Positions 19,413 through 29,000 of a DNA stretch of 64,000 nt are shown in pieces. This stretch comes from an uncultured Oscillibacter sp. Its GTDB lineage: Bacteria; Bacillota; Clostridia; Oscillospirales; Oscillospiraceae. The notes under the pieces are model-generated. The model was not told the origin of the DNA and did not search any database. It worked only from the letters and a program-made list of their open reading frames with translations. Within the stretch, counting starts at the first letter, position 1; each line of letters opens with the position of its first letter. The position numbers and the translations under genes are program-made. Location: assembly GCA_947365245.1 (NCBI GenBank), contig CANAWG010000013.1:2699-66698 (forward strand), given 5' to 3'.

Positions 19413-19838
19413 TTATTTTAGATTATCTGCCACGCGCTTCAGCAGGAAAAAAAGAGCGGAGCGCTCCGCTTCCGTCAGGCCGGAGAGCAGGGCCGCCTCG
19501 GACTCCGCCATGTGCCGGTCCGCGACCTGACAGCAGCTTTCCCCGGCGGGAGTGATACGGAGCATTTTTATTCGGCGGTCCCTGGGATCTCCGAACCCCT
19601 CTACGAAGCCCTTTTGCTCCAGCCGGGTCACAATCCCGGCGGCGGTAGACTGTGCTACGTGGAGCCGACGCTCCAATTCTTTCAGCGGCATCTGCTTTTC
19701 CGGCGAAAAACGCAGTTCAAGCAGCGCGCTCACCTGAGCCATTGTCAGGTCTTGAGAGCGCAGAGAATGATTGGCCTGTTTCTCCAGGCCGTCGTGTATC
19801 TGCTTAAAAAGCCGCCCATAGGTCACTCTCTCCTCCAT
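19413..19838 (-). CDS. MarR family transcriptional regulator
   Basis: Winged-HTH MarR pattern (LTMAQVSALLEL, VAQSTAAGIVTRLEQKGFVE, DPRDRRIK). Start chosen at MEERV; an upstream ATG at 19862 lacks an RBS. Confidence 0.88.
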   Translation of the reverse strand: MEERVTYGRLFKQIHDGLEKQANHSLRSQDLTMAQVSALLELRFSPEKQMPLKELERRLHVAQSTAAGIVTRLEQKGFVEGFGDPRDRRIKMLRITPAGESCCQVADRHMAESEAALLSGLTEAERSALFFLLKRVADNLK

Positions 19839-19863
19839 AGCCTTCCACCCCCTTAAAAACATA

Positions 19864-19898
19864 ATAGCATACTATTGTTTCTGTGTCAATAGCAAGCT
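19864..19898. promoter_or_regulatory. Putative MarR operator upstream of marR
   Basis: ATAGCATACTAT-N11-CAATAGCAAGCT. The 12-mer is a near palindrome (ATAG-N4-CTAT). Confidence 0.5.
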
Positions 19899-20088
19899 GT
19901 TGAAAAAGGGCGGAATACGGCTCGGCGCCGTCTGCTGTCGGAAGAAAACTGTCTGATGTCCCCGGGGGATTTTTCGGCGCCTGTCTCTTTTTTGGGTACG
20001 CCCCGGGGGCGAAGCCCCCGGGTTTCAATACCCCGCGGTCTCTTCGATTCCGATGCTTCCGCAGGGAGGGCTCCTGTTCTGGGGCCGG

Positions 20089-20856
20089 CTACGGGTCAAC
20101 GGCTGAAAACGGAATGCCGTTTTCCCTGGCGTATGCCTCCGCGCGGCTTCCGCCGGGCGCGAAAATCGTCAGTCTGCCGCAGTCCTCGAAGGCGTCCTCC
20201 CCGATCTCGGTGACGCTGGCGGGGATCCAGATCTTCTCCAGCTCTTCGCACTTGGCGAACGCGCCGATGTTGATGAAAGTGACGGTGTCCGGAATGGCGA
20301 TCTCCTCCAGGCCGCACCGCTCAAAGGCGCCGCCGTCGATGAAAGCCGCATTTGCGCCGAAGCGGACCTCCTTCAAGCTTGTACAGCCGATAAACGTCTC
20401 CGAAGGAATGTATGTAAGTCCGTCTCCAATGGCGGCGGAGACCAATGAATCATGATCCCCGAAAGCGGAATAGGGAAGATCGACGATCCCGTTCCCAATC
20501 AAGACCTTTGTGATAGACCGCACGGTCTCGTCGTGGTACTCCTCTTCCCAGGAGGCTTTCGACAGCACGCCGCCGCCGCTGATGGTCAGGACCCCGTCCT
20601 CCAGCGTCCAGGCCGCCGCCCCGGCCTCCGGGACCTCCGCCAGGGCAGGGTCCGCCGGAAGCGCCGCCGGCGGGGCCTCCGCGGTTTCCTCCCGGATCGG
20701 TTCGCCGGTGATCTGAGTCTGGATGCCGCTGCCGCCAAGTGAAACGGTCTCTCTGGGTCTGACGGGCTGCGGAACGTCCCCGGCCCCGCCGCAGCCCGTC
20801 AAGGCCGCGGCAAGGATCAGAGGGACAAGAATACGCCTAAAATATCGTACCCGCAT
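20089..20856 (-). CDS. Leucine-rich-repeat (BspA-type) surface lipoprotein
   Basis: Lipobox LTGCGG. Repeated I/V-x-IP-x-S/T-V-x-x-I-G-x-x-AF-x-x-C units. Confidence 0.75.
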   Translation of the reverse strand: MRVRYFRRILVPLILAAALTGCGGAGDVPQPVRPRETVSLGGSGIQTQITGEPIREETAEAPPAALPADPALAEVPEAGAAAWTLEDGVLTISGGGVLSKASWEEEYHDETVRSITKVLIGNGIVDLPYSAFGDHDSLVSAAIGDGLTYIPSETFIGCTSLKEVRFGANAAFIDGGAFERCGLEEIAIPDTVTFINIGAFAKCEELEKIWIPASVTEIGEDAFEDCGRLTIFAPGGSRAEAYARENGIPFSAVDP

Positions 20857-20867
20857 TCAGCGCCTCC

Positions 20868-21773
20868 TCAATTCCGTTTTAGCTCCAAGGCGGCCTTGGC
20901 CTCCTCGACGGTCATGCCGGTGGTATCCAGGTGCCCCTGACACGCGCCCTTGTACTCCCCGATGACGTTCCCCTCCCTGTCATACAGGGGAATGCTATAC
21001 TCGTGGGGGCACGCCTCCCTGGAAAGGCCCCGCAGGGCCTCCCCGCCCTTTTGCAGCTCGGAATCCCGGATATACCCCTCGGGGCGGCCCTCGTGAGGAT
21101 AGGCGGCCATGTGCTGCAGGTCCGGCGCATAGCCCACATAGTCCGCCAGCAGCGCGGAGCCGTAACTCTCCCCCCTGCTGTTTTTAGGGAAGTCGCCATC
21201 CTGTGTCAGGTCCTTCAAAAGGTTGGGGTATTTGACGATGTGAGGATTTGCCTCCAGGTTTCCAACGAAATACTCGACTCTCTTCCGGCCGTTTCGATCC
21301 AGGAATCCCTTATAGACTTTCTCGTTGATCCCGGTATAGGAATTGGGGTCGTCGTCCGGCAGCAGTGTGCCGCCCCGGCTTTGGATCAGGGCCGTATCCC
21401 CCCGGAGGGCTCCGGCCATTTCATCGGCGGTAAAGGCGGATGATGCCGGGGCCGCCGGCTGTTTTCCCAGCAGTACGGTCCTGGCGGCGGAGTCGTAGCC
21501 GATCTCCACCCCCAGCAGCTCGCTGACGGTGCGGATGGGCAGGTAGTTGGTCTTGCCGCCCGCGGCGTCGGTGAAGAGGATGGAGCCGGGGACCTTCTGC
21601 CCGTTGGCGGCGGTGATGTCCTGGCCCGCCGTGATTTTCTGGGTTCCGTCCATCGAGACGTTGACGAAGTTGTAGCTCACCTTCCCCGCCGCCGCCAGGG
21701 CGGTGGTCAGGCAGGCGCTCAGCGCCAGGGCGGCGCCGGCTCCGGCTAAAAAGGACACGATTCGGTTTTTCAT
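20868..21773 (-). CDS. Secreted protein with copper-amine-oxidase N-terminal-like (stalk) domain
   Basis: Signal peptide. YLPIRTVSELLGVEIGYDSAARTVLL matches the Cu_amine_oxidN1-type motif common in Clostridia surface proteins. Confidence 0.6.
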   Translation of the reverse strand: MKNRIVSFLAGAGAALALSACLTTALAAAGKVSYNFVNVSMDGTQKITAGQDITAANGQKVPGSILFTDAAGGKTNYLPIRTVSELLGVEIGYDSAARTVLLGKQPAAPASSAFTADEMAGALRGDTALIQSRGGTLLPDDDPNSYTGINEKVYKGFLDRNGRKRVEYFVGNLEANPHIVKYPNLLKDLTQDGDFPKNSRGESYGSALLADYVGYAPDLQHMAAYPHEGRPEGYIRDSELQKGGEALRGLSREACPHEYSIPLYDREGNVIGEYKGACQGHLDTTGMTVEEAKAALELKRN

Positions 21774-21838
21774 GAGGATACCTTCCTTTCTTTTCCGGCG
21801 GGAAAGGGGGAAGCCCTCCCGCTCCGTTCTGATTGGTA

Positions 21839-21865
21839 AACGGAGGGGGAGGGCATTGTATTACA
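21839..21865 (-). promoter_or_regulatory. ECF-type promoter copy 2 (TGTAAT-N17-CGTT) in front of the 21773 gene
   Basis: Minus strand reads TGTAATACAATGCCCTCCCCCTCCGTTTAC. About 80% identical over roughly 50 nt to the block upstream of the ECF sigma gene (23689-23715). Confidence 0.55.
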
Positions 21866-21895
21866 CAATTTAGAAAAATTTTGAAAAAATATTTT

Positions 21896-23122
21896 TTACT
21901 CGTCCACGCGCTCCAGTTTGCCCAGCTCCACCCGGGTCCCGGCGATATCCAACGCCGTCACCGTGGCGGGGTCGATGGGATAGGGATAGTCGTGGCTCAC
22001 GGAGGTATCCGCTGCGCTGCCCCCCATACTCGTGAGGTCCGCATAGGTCCCGTCCTCCGTCCACAGGCCCCGCAGACTGTCGATCAACGCAAGGACCTCC
22101 CCGGGCCCAGGCAGTTCTTTCGGATCCCGGGCCGCATAAAAGGCGGTCAGGCCCGTTGTGGAAAGCTCAAACCCGGTGAACCGGTAGGGGATCTCCAGCG
22201 GGGGCATCTCCGCGTTGGTTGCGTCATAACGGATGGACAGGGAGAGGACGGGTCGCTCCAGCGTAAATGTGAAGTCAAAAGGCCCTTTCAAGATGATCTC
22301 GCCCGGCACGGTCTCCCGGGGAGAGCCGTCTTCGTCCGTATAGGCGGCGATGTCCTCCAGGTGCAGCGTCACCTCCGGCTCCTCCGTCTCCGGGAACAGA
22401 CCGGCGGAGAGGGGAGTGGTTATCTCCAGAGTGAGGGCGTCCCCCTCCCGGCCCAGCACGTCGAACTGCGCGCTCTGGTCCCGGTCCTCTTCGTCCAGCC
22501 TGGCCTGAATGGCCGCCTCCATCTGCTCCGGGGACAGATCCGGCTCCGCGTCGGTGTAAAACTCCTCCCACCGGCCTTTTGTATACGCCTCCCACTGGTC
22601 CTGCCGCAGGGTGAGGCGGCAGCCGCCGGTGTAGAGCGGGGTGTATTGGCGGACCTTCTCCGGAATGCGGGGGCTTCTAAGCGCCAGGGACAGCCACACG
22701 CTGCTTCCATCCCACACGGCGGCGTTCAGCGTGAGCGTCTCGTCTCCCACGGTCAGGCTCTGCCCGATGACGGTGCCCGTGCCGCTCAGAACCGCCTCCG
22801 ACGTCTCCGGAGCCCGCGGGTCCACCCCTCGACCGGGGAACCACTGGGAGAACTGCCCGGTGGCCACAACGTAGGCGCAGGCGGAGAGGAGCAGCAGCGC
22901 CGCCACGATGGCGATCAGCCGCCAGTTCAGCCGTTTCCGGGGGCCGCTCAGGGTCCGCCGCGCCCCCCAGCCCCAGGGGTCCGCCAGCAGACGCATCCGC
23001 TCCCGGAGATAACCGGAAGAGAACTCCGGCTCAGAGGCATCCACGCTTTGAAGGGCCCGTTGATACTGCGCCAGGTTGGCGTCCATCAGCGCCCGGCGCA
23101 GGAGAATGTCAAACTGCGTCAT
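21896..23122 (-). CDS. Anti-sigma factor-like membrane protein (DUF4179-like architecture)
   Basis: Overlaps the sigma gene stop by 14 nt. Short cytoplasmic N-terminus, one TM (LIAIVAALLLLSACAYVV), large extracytoplasmic domain. Confidence 0.7.
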   Translation of the reverse strand: MTQFDILLRRALMDANLAQYQRALQSVDASEPEFSSGYLRERMRLLADPWGWGARRTLSGPRKRLNWRLIAIVAALLLLSACAYVVATGQFSQWFPGRGVDPRAPETSEAVLSGTGTVIGQSLTVGDETLTLNAAVWDGSSVWLSLALRSPRIPEKVRQYTPLYTGGCRLTLRQDQWEAYTKGRWEEFYTDAEPDLSPEQMEAAIQARLDEEDRDQSAQFDVLGREGDALTLEITTPLSAGLFPETEEPEVTLHLEDIAAYTDEDGSPRETVPGEIILKGPFDFTFTLERPVLSLSIRYDATNAEMPPLEIPYRFTGFELSTTGLTAFYAARDPKELPGPGEVLALIDSLRGLWTEDGTYADLTSMGGSAADTSVSHDYPYPIDPATVTALDIAGTRVELGKLERVDE

Positions 23123-23642
23123 AGATGTACCCCTCCTTTTCCAGACGCTCTTTCAGCATGGCCCTGCCCCGCATGACGCGGCCGGCCACGGTGGACTCCT
23201 TGATCCCCAGCCGCCGGGCGATTTCCCGGTTGGTCTGCTCCTCCACCAGCTTGAGTTCCAGAATCCGCCGGTAGTTCTCCGGCAGGGAACGGATCAGGGA
23301 GACAAGATAATCGTACTCCTCCTGATGTGTGTCCTGAGCGGGCGGGTCCCAGTCCTCCGGGAAGACGGTCGTTTTCCGTTCCGCCCGGAGGATGTCCAGG
23401 GCACAGTTTTTGGCCACGGTGACGGTGTAGCCCTCCGTCTCCTCCCAGGGCAGGGCGGAGACCCGTTCCCAGTTCTGCACCAGCTTGAGCCAGGTCTGCT
23501 GGGCGGCGTCCTCCGCCCGGTCCCGGTCTCCCAGGATCCGCAGGACCACCGCGTAGATTTTTTTCTCGTGAGCCTCAAAAAGCCGCGTGAACCGCTGCTG
23601 GTCCCGTTCGGTCTCCAGCATGGCGAGGCAGATTGCAAGCAT
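23109..23642 (-). CDS. ECF (sigma-70 family) RNA polymerase sigma factor
   Basis: 177 aa. Region 2 (AEDAAQQTWLKLVQNW) and region 4 (ENYRRILELKLVEEQTNREIARRLGIKESTVAGRVMRGR). Confidence 0.9.
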   Translation of the reverse strand: MLAICLAMLETERDQQRFTRLFEAHEKKIYAVVLRILGDRDRAEDAAQQTWLKLVQNWERVSALPWEETEGYTVTVAKNCALDILRAERKTTVFPEDWDPPAQDTHQEEYDYLVSLIRSLPENYRRILELKLVEEQTNREIARRLGIKESTVAGRVMRGRAMLKERLEKEGYIYDAV

Positions 23643-23688
23643 GAAAGCTCTCCTCCTTTGTGTGGAATTGGCGCCGATTCAATCAGTA

Positions 23689-23715
23689 AACGGCGGGGGA
23701 GGGAAAAGTATTACA
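23689..23715 (-). promoter_or_regulatory. ECF-type promoter copy 1 (TGTAAT-N17-CGTT), probable autoregulated promoter
   Basis: Minus strand reads TGTAATACTTTTCCCTCCCCCGCCGTTTAC, about 45 nt upstream of the sigma start. AT-rich tract further upstream. Confidence 0.55.
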
Positions 23716-23915
23716 GATTCAGACAAATTTTTCGGATTTTCCGCACAGTACCGTTTTACCATACAACGGCCAAGGGGGCAACCGGTTGTTTTCAGCGGGG
23801 TCCGCTTGTGAAGACGGCCGTGAAAGCGTGTTTTCCCACCCGCGGGTGAGGCAAGCGGCGCGGCGGGCTTATGCCGGCCGCGTCTTTGTCCGCGATAATT
23901 TGAAATTGCATAGAC

Positions 23916-23936
23916 CTGCGGTTCCTCTAAAATGAG
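23916..23936 (+). repeat. Left copy of a 21-nt direct repeat flanking the recombinase gene
   Basis: CTGCGGTTCCTCTAAAATGAG matches CTGCGGTCCGTGTAAAATGAG (24564-24584) at 18 of 21 positions. Confidence 0.7.
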
Positions 23937-23960
23937 ATTATCAGGAAAAGGAGGAACACT

Positions 23961-24542
23961 ATGGAATACGGATATGTTCGGGTCTCTACCAAGGAGCAAA
24001 ACGAGGACAGGCAGCTGGCCGCTATGCGGGAATTCGGCGTGGAGGACGACTGTGTTGTACTGGACAAGCAGAGCGGAAAGGACTTCAACCGCCCCGGCTA
24101 CCGGCGGCTGATGCGCGAACTGAAAGCCGGCGACACCCTTGTTATCAAGAGCATCGACCGGCTGGGACGGAACTACGATGAAATTCTGGAGCAGTGGCGG
24201 TTATTGACCAAGGATAAGCAGGTTGCCATCGTGGTGCTGGACATGCCTCTGCTGAATACCGGCCAGGGCCGGGATCTCACCGGGGTCCTGATCTCCGACA
24301 TCGTCCTCCAGCTGCTGAGCTATGTGGCCCAGACGGAGCGGGAGTTCAACCGCCAGCGGCAGGCCGAGGGGATCGCGGCGGCCAAGGCCAGGGGAGTCCA
24401 CTTTGGGCGGAAGTGCAAGAATCGGGGCAAGAACTACGGGACCGTCATGGCCGCGTGGCGCAGGGGTGAAATCAGCGGCAGGGCGGCGGCCAGGGAACTG
24501 GGGGTGGCCCATGGGACTTTCCAGCGGTGGTGCAGAGAGTAA
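23961..24542 (+). CDS. Small serine recombinase (resolvase/invertase family)
   Basis: N-terminal catalytic motif YGYVRVSTKEQNEDRQ, SIDRLGRN, C-terminal HTH. AAGGAGG RBS. Confidence 0.92.
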   Translation: MEYGYVRVSTKEQNEDRQLAAMREFGVEDDCVVLDKQSGKDFNRPGYRRLMRELKAGDTLVIKSIDRLGRNYDEILEQWRLLTKDKQVAIVVLDMPLLNTGQGRDLTGVLISDIVLQLLSYVAQTEREFNRQRQAEGIAAAKARGVHFGRKCKNRGKNYGTVMAAWRRGEISGRAAARELGVAHGTFQRWCRE

Positions 24543-24563
24543 ATTCGGACAGTAAAGCGCGGA

Positions 24564-24584
24564 CTGCGGTCCGTGTAAAATGAG
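24564..24584 (+). repeat. Right copy of the 21-nt direct repeat
   Basis: See the left copy. Followed at once by another CTGCGGTT start (24585-24592). Confidence 0.7.
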
Positions 24585-24966
24585 CTGCGGTTTTGAGCAG
24601 GGCAGCGCCGTTTTCAACTGCGGCGTGCCATGCTCCTGTCTATTTCAACAAGGAAAATCTCAACACATGTCCTTGCTTTTTGCCGGGATTCACCCGGCCC
24701 GCGCAAGCGGACGGTCCGGGTGCTGAACGGACTGCCGGCTGAATCCGCGCCGCCTCCATCTCCCCGCGCCCGGAATTGCAGGACCCAAAATTATCTCGGC
24801 GGCGCCGGCGGCGGGAATGAAGTGGATTCGCACACGGGAGGAATTGGAGGCCATTCCCAGGGTACGCATTCACAACAGGCATCTGCCGCCCTGCGTCATC
24901 GTCAGCCACGCCGTACAGTACAGCTGGACCAGCGCCTGCCTTTTTGACAATGTGCACGCCAACTAC

Positions 24967-25390
24967 TGCCGCGGCATTAACGGCATGTTTGAACGGGATG
25001 AACGCTGGTACTCCGGAGAGATGTTCAACCATGTTTGGTAATGAAGAGTGCCTGACAATTATGCAGTGTGAATCGATCGAGGGACTGAAGAATATTGATC
25101 AAATCTGCAAAACGCCCGGTCTTGATATGATCTTTATCGGAACGGGAGATTTGTCCTTGGAGCTGGGGGTTGAGTGGACGGCCAACGCTGCGGCCGATCA
25201 CAAGACCAGCGATTCCCGCCTTGCAGAGGCGATTGACAAGGTGCTGCGGGCCTGTGAGGAGAACGGCGTAATTGCCGGAATCGTGACGGCCAGTGCCGAG
25301 GATGCGGCCCGCCGTATCCGGCGGGGATTTCAATTTGTCACATGCATGAACGATTTGGGATTTTTCCGCGGCCGCTGCGCAGGGGAATGA
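24967..25390 (+). pseudogene. HpcH/HpaI-type aldolase remnant (N-terminal half missing, frameshift near 25036)
   Basis: RG-N9-RW-N10 (frame of 24817) continues after a +1 shift as GNEECLTIMQCESIEGLKNIDQICKTPGLDMIFIGTGDLSLELG. This mirrors the RG..RW..N-D..QIE..GvDgvFIGp-DLs layout of HpaI. No TIM-barrel N-terminus upstream. Confidence 0.5.
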
Positions 25391-25749
25391 AGCAGGTGAC
25401 ATTGGCCATGGGAGCGGACGAGTGCACTGTGACGCTGGGTATTGTGGAGGCCGGACATGAGAAAAGGCCGCATTCCCACCCTGAGGAACAGATTGCGCTT
25501 TGTATCCAGGGAGAGTGCGATTATTGGGTAGACGGAAAGCCCTGCCATCTGACGCCGGGAGGCTTTGTCACTGTCCCCGGCGGCGTTGAGCACTATGTCG
25601 ACGTGCACGACACGGACATCCCCTGCTTCCAGATGGATATCTTTGGTACGCCTCGACCGGAATTTAAAGAGAAATACATGGAGTTTTTGGAGAGCCTGAA
25701 AAAAAATAATGCCTCGCTGTACTGGCCGCCCAAGAGGGAACCCTTGTGA
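25387..25749 (+). CDS. Cupin domain protein
   Basis: Cupin motifs G-x5-H-x-H-x3-E (HEKRPHSHPEEQ) and G-x5-P-x-G-x2-H (VTVPGGVEHY). ATGA overlap with the aldolase remnant. Confidence 0.75.
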   Translation: MKQVTLAMGADECTVTLGIVEAGHEKRPHSHPEEQIALCIQGECDYWVDGKPCHLTPGGFVTVPGGVEHYVDVHDTDIPCFQMDIFGTPRPEFKEKYMEFLESLKKNNASLYWPPKREPL

Positions 25750-25761
25750 CAAATCAAATAG

Positions 25762-25811
25762 GCGGAAAAAGACACGATTTGACCAGCAAAGTCAATCGTG
25801 TCTTTTTCCGC
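25762..25811. terminator. Bidirectional terminator
   Basis: Perfect 18-bp inverted repeat GCGGAAAAAGACACGATT-N14-AATCGTGTCTTTTTCCGC; A/T runs lie inside both arms. Confidence 0.8.
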
Positions 25812-26049
25812 TTTAAAAAGGGAGGGTGATCGGAACTGCCCCGTCAAGCAGGTCGAAAAAACGCCAGATTCGCGTGCACCGCGTTGGAGGCTTATATGAG
25901 GCCCTGTTTGAAAAATGGCGGAATGCCCAGCGGTGAGTTTTCCCTCCGGCACGCTCCGGTCCCAACCGCTCCTGTTCCGGGTCAGCTTTAGGGCCGGGCG
26001 CTCTCGGCATCCCTGCCTGCCGGCCCTTTGGGCGGCTGCCGCGTTTCAC

Positions 26050-29000
26050 TCAGGCTGTCTTGCCCAAGCCCCCGTTTGATGATAGAATGCCCGGCGTCGT
26101 ATCGGGATCCGCCTCCGCCGGCCCCCGGACCGTCACCGGGAAGGACACGGTCACGGACAGGCTGGTGGTGGAGACGTTCCCGTAGAGATAGGAGGGAACC
26201 TTGAGAAACAGCCAGCCGTTGACGGTCGTGGCTCCGGGCTGTTTTGCCTCCACCCGGCAGAGCAGCGGATCGTCCGCGTCCTTCGCCGCGGAGACGATGC
26301 TGGAATCGGCGGCATACCAATACGAGGAGGTCACCTGAACGCCGTCGTTCAGCCGCAGATTCCTCACCCCGCACAGGGCGCTGCCGCCCGCGTCCAGATC
26401 CGCCCCCTCCAGGGAGCAGGTCCAGTCCATGGCGTCCTGCACATCCAGCCAGACAGCGTACTGATGGCCGGAGGGGCTGAACTCCGTATAGGCGGTCAAG
26501 AGCACCCGGCCGGCTTTCAGCGTCGTGAAACGCCCGTCACGATGGATGGTGGCAACGTTGGAATCACTGCTGTCGAAAGTCAGTCCCTCCGGGAGATCCG
26601 GGAAGTAGTCCTGGAAGAAGCCGGTATACCCGTAGCCGGAACAGAAGCCGAATTGCCCCGCTTCCACGGCCTCCGTCTCCATGTAGTATTCCACCGTGAC
26701 GGGCAGGGAGAACGTGTCCTGCATCAGCCGGATCCCGGCGGCGGTGTTGACCTGAAAGGTGGCAACTCCGTTCAGAGCGGCTTTTCCCGCCCGGTGCACC
26801 TTGAACGAACAGACACCCGGAGACCCTATGGCCACGGTGAGGATGTCCGGGTCGCTGCTGGTCCACTGGACATCCGTCAGCCGGGTGTTGGCGGGCAGCT
26901 CGCAGTTGGGTGTCTGAGCGCTGTTGCTGAACTCCAGATTGGCGATCACCTCTTTCTCGGTCCACGCGCAGTCAAATCGGTCCTCCACATGGAGCGTCAG
27001 GGCATACCGGCACGCCGGTTCCTCTGTGCGGGTGGCCGTCAGTTCAACCGTTCCCGCCGAGAGGGTGCTGAACATTCCCCACTCGTTGATGTACGCCACG
27101 GCGGGGTCTGAGGAGGCATAGGTCAGATCCTCCGGCAGTTCCTCGTCCCAACGGCTTGAGAAGAAACCCGTATAGCCATAGCCGGAGCGAATGCCGAACT
27201 GCTCCAGCTCCTTGCGGACGGTGGGGATATCGTCCTCCGGCGGCTCGTTTACCTGGACCTGGAACGAGAAAGCGGTCTCCATGCGCTTGTAACCGTCATA
27301 GGTAAGCACCTCGAAAGCGATTTTGCCCGTAACCTCCACCGTGCCTTGGGAGCGGCCGAGAATTTCAAAGCGGATCGCCTCCTCCGGCATGTCGTTCGGA
27401 TTGCGGTAGACGTCGGCGATATTCCGGTCCGCGCTGTTGATGGAGACGGAGCTCAGACGGGCCGTATTGGATGTCTGGACCGTGTATTCGACCTCCTGCT
27501 CCTGCCTCTCCCCCACGGAGAGGACCATGTCCTCCACGGTGTATTCCCACGCAAACGCGTCGTCCACCTGAACCTCCAGAATATACAGGATCTCCGGCTT
27601 CAGCGGCTCAAAAGCTGTCAGCTCGGCGGTTCCGGGGGCCAGGGCGCTGAAGCTCCCGCTCTCAGGCTGGATGTACACAACAGAGGGCTTGGAGGAGGTA
27701 AACCGCAGAGCCCGGGGCAGTTCCCCCTGCCACATCTCGAAGAAGTTCAGATTGCTGCCATAGTCAACACACAGCGTCTGCCGCTCCGCAACCTCAGCCT
27801 CGGGCGGCGCCTCCTCCAGAACCGTCACCTGAGCCGAGACGGCTTCGACCCAGGGATCATTCTCTGTCCAGCGGGTGTAATACCGGACCGTCGCGGCGCC
27901 GGCCTTAACGGCCCGCAGCCGTGCGCCCCCATACACCTCCACCGTATCCGGGGCGCTGCTCTCGGCCTTGACATAGAAGCTTCCCGGCCGGAGGGGGCGT
28001 GTATCCTCCGTGCCGCCCTTGACCAGGGTGTGGTTGAAATAGGCGATGCCGGCAAGCGTCCTCTCATAGACGCCCCATTCATAGTCCGGCGTAACCGACT
28101 CCTGGGGCTCCACCGTCACATGGGCGATGACCGCCAGGGTAAAGGGGCCGTCCGGATTTCTGCTGACGTAGTAGCGCACTTCGCTTTTCCCGGGCGCGAT
28201 TCCATAGATGTAGCTCTGTGCGTAGATGCCCACCCGGCTCTCGTCGGAAATCTCTGTTCGGACATAGTAATGGCCGTCCTCAAGGGGGTACGGGCAGGTC
28301 TCTCTGTTTGCGGGAATGGACACATTGAACTCATGGACGCCCGCCTCGTTCTGTCCCAGATAGTGGCCGAAAGCGTAATTGGGCTGATAGAGATCGAGGG
28401 TGGGCGAAATCGGGTCCGGCGGAATGGGCTCTGGATCATAGTCGGAATCAGAGTCAGGATCAGGATCAGAACTGGAATCCGGCCTGAACACCGGCTCGGG
28501 TTCCGGTTCCGGCTCCGGGCTCTCCTCCGGCGGAGGTGCGGATTCGCCGCCCGCCTCCTCCGGCGTCTCCTCCGCGGGCGGCAGAACAGGGATCCACGCC
28601 AGCTCCTCCGGTTGGGGCGCCGGCGCGCCGGGGGGAGGATCTGCCTCCGAAGGATGCTCCAGCGCCTCCGGCTCCGCCGACGCCTCCGGCTCCGTCGGCG
28701 CGGGGACCGTCTCTATGAGCCGCGGCATGTCCGGCTCCCGGACGTCATCAGGCTGCTGCGCGGGATGCAGCAGCAGACTGCCCACGCCTCCGGCCAGCAG
28801 CAGGCCTGTCAGAGCCAGCAGCGCTCCCTTGTGGGCGAGGCTCCCTGCCGCCGCGCCTCCCGCCGCCGTGCCGGTCAGGGCTCCGCTGCCCGCAGCCGCC
28901 GTTCCGGCCGCGCCCGCGGCCAGAAGCGCCTCCCGAATCCGCAGCGCAATGGCCGGCGGCAGATGGCTGTCCTCCGATTCCTTTTGCAGGAAATAGCGCA

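Noticed and set aside
20001-20030. CCCGGGGGC-gaa-GCCCCCGGG hairpin downstream of the LRR lipoprotein gene as its terminator.
   Set aside because: The T-tract follows the hairpin on the plus strand only, while the gene needing termination is on the minus strand. Function is unclear, so it is not annotated.
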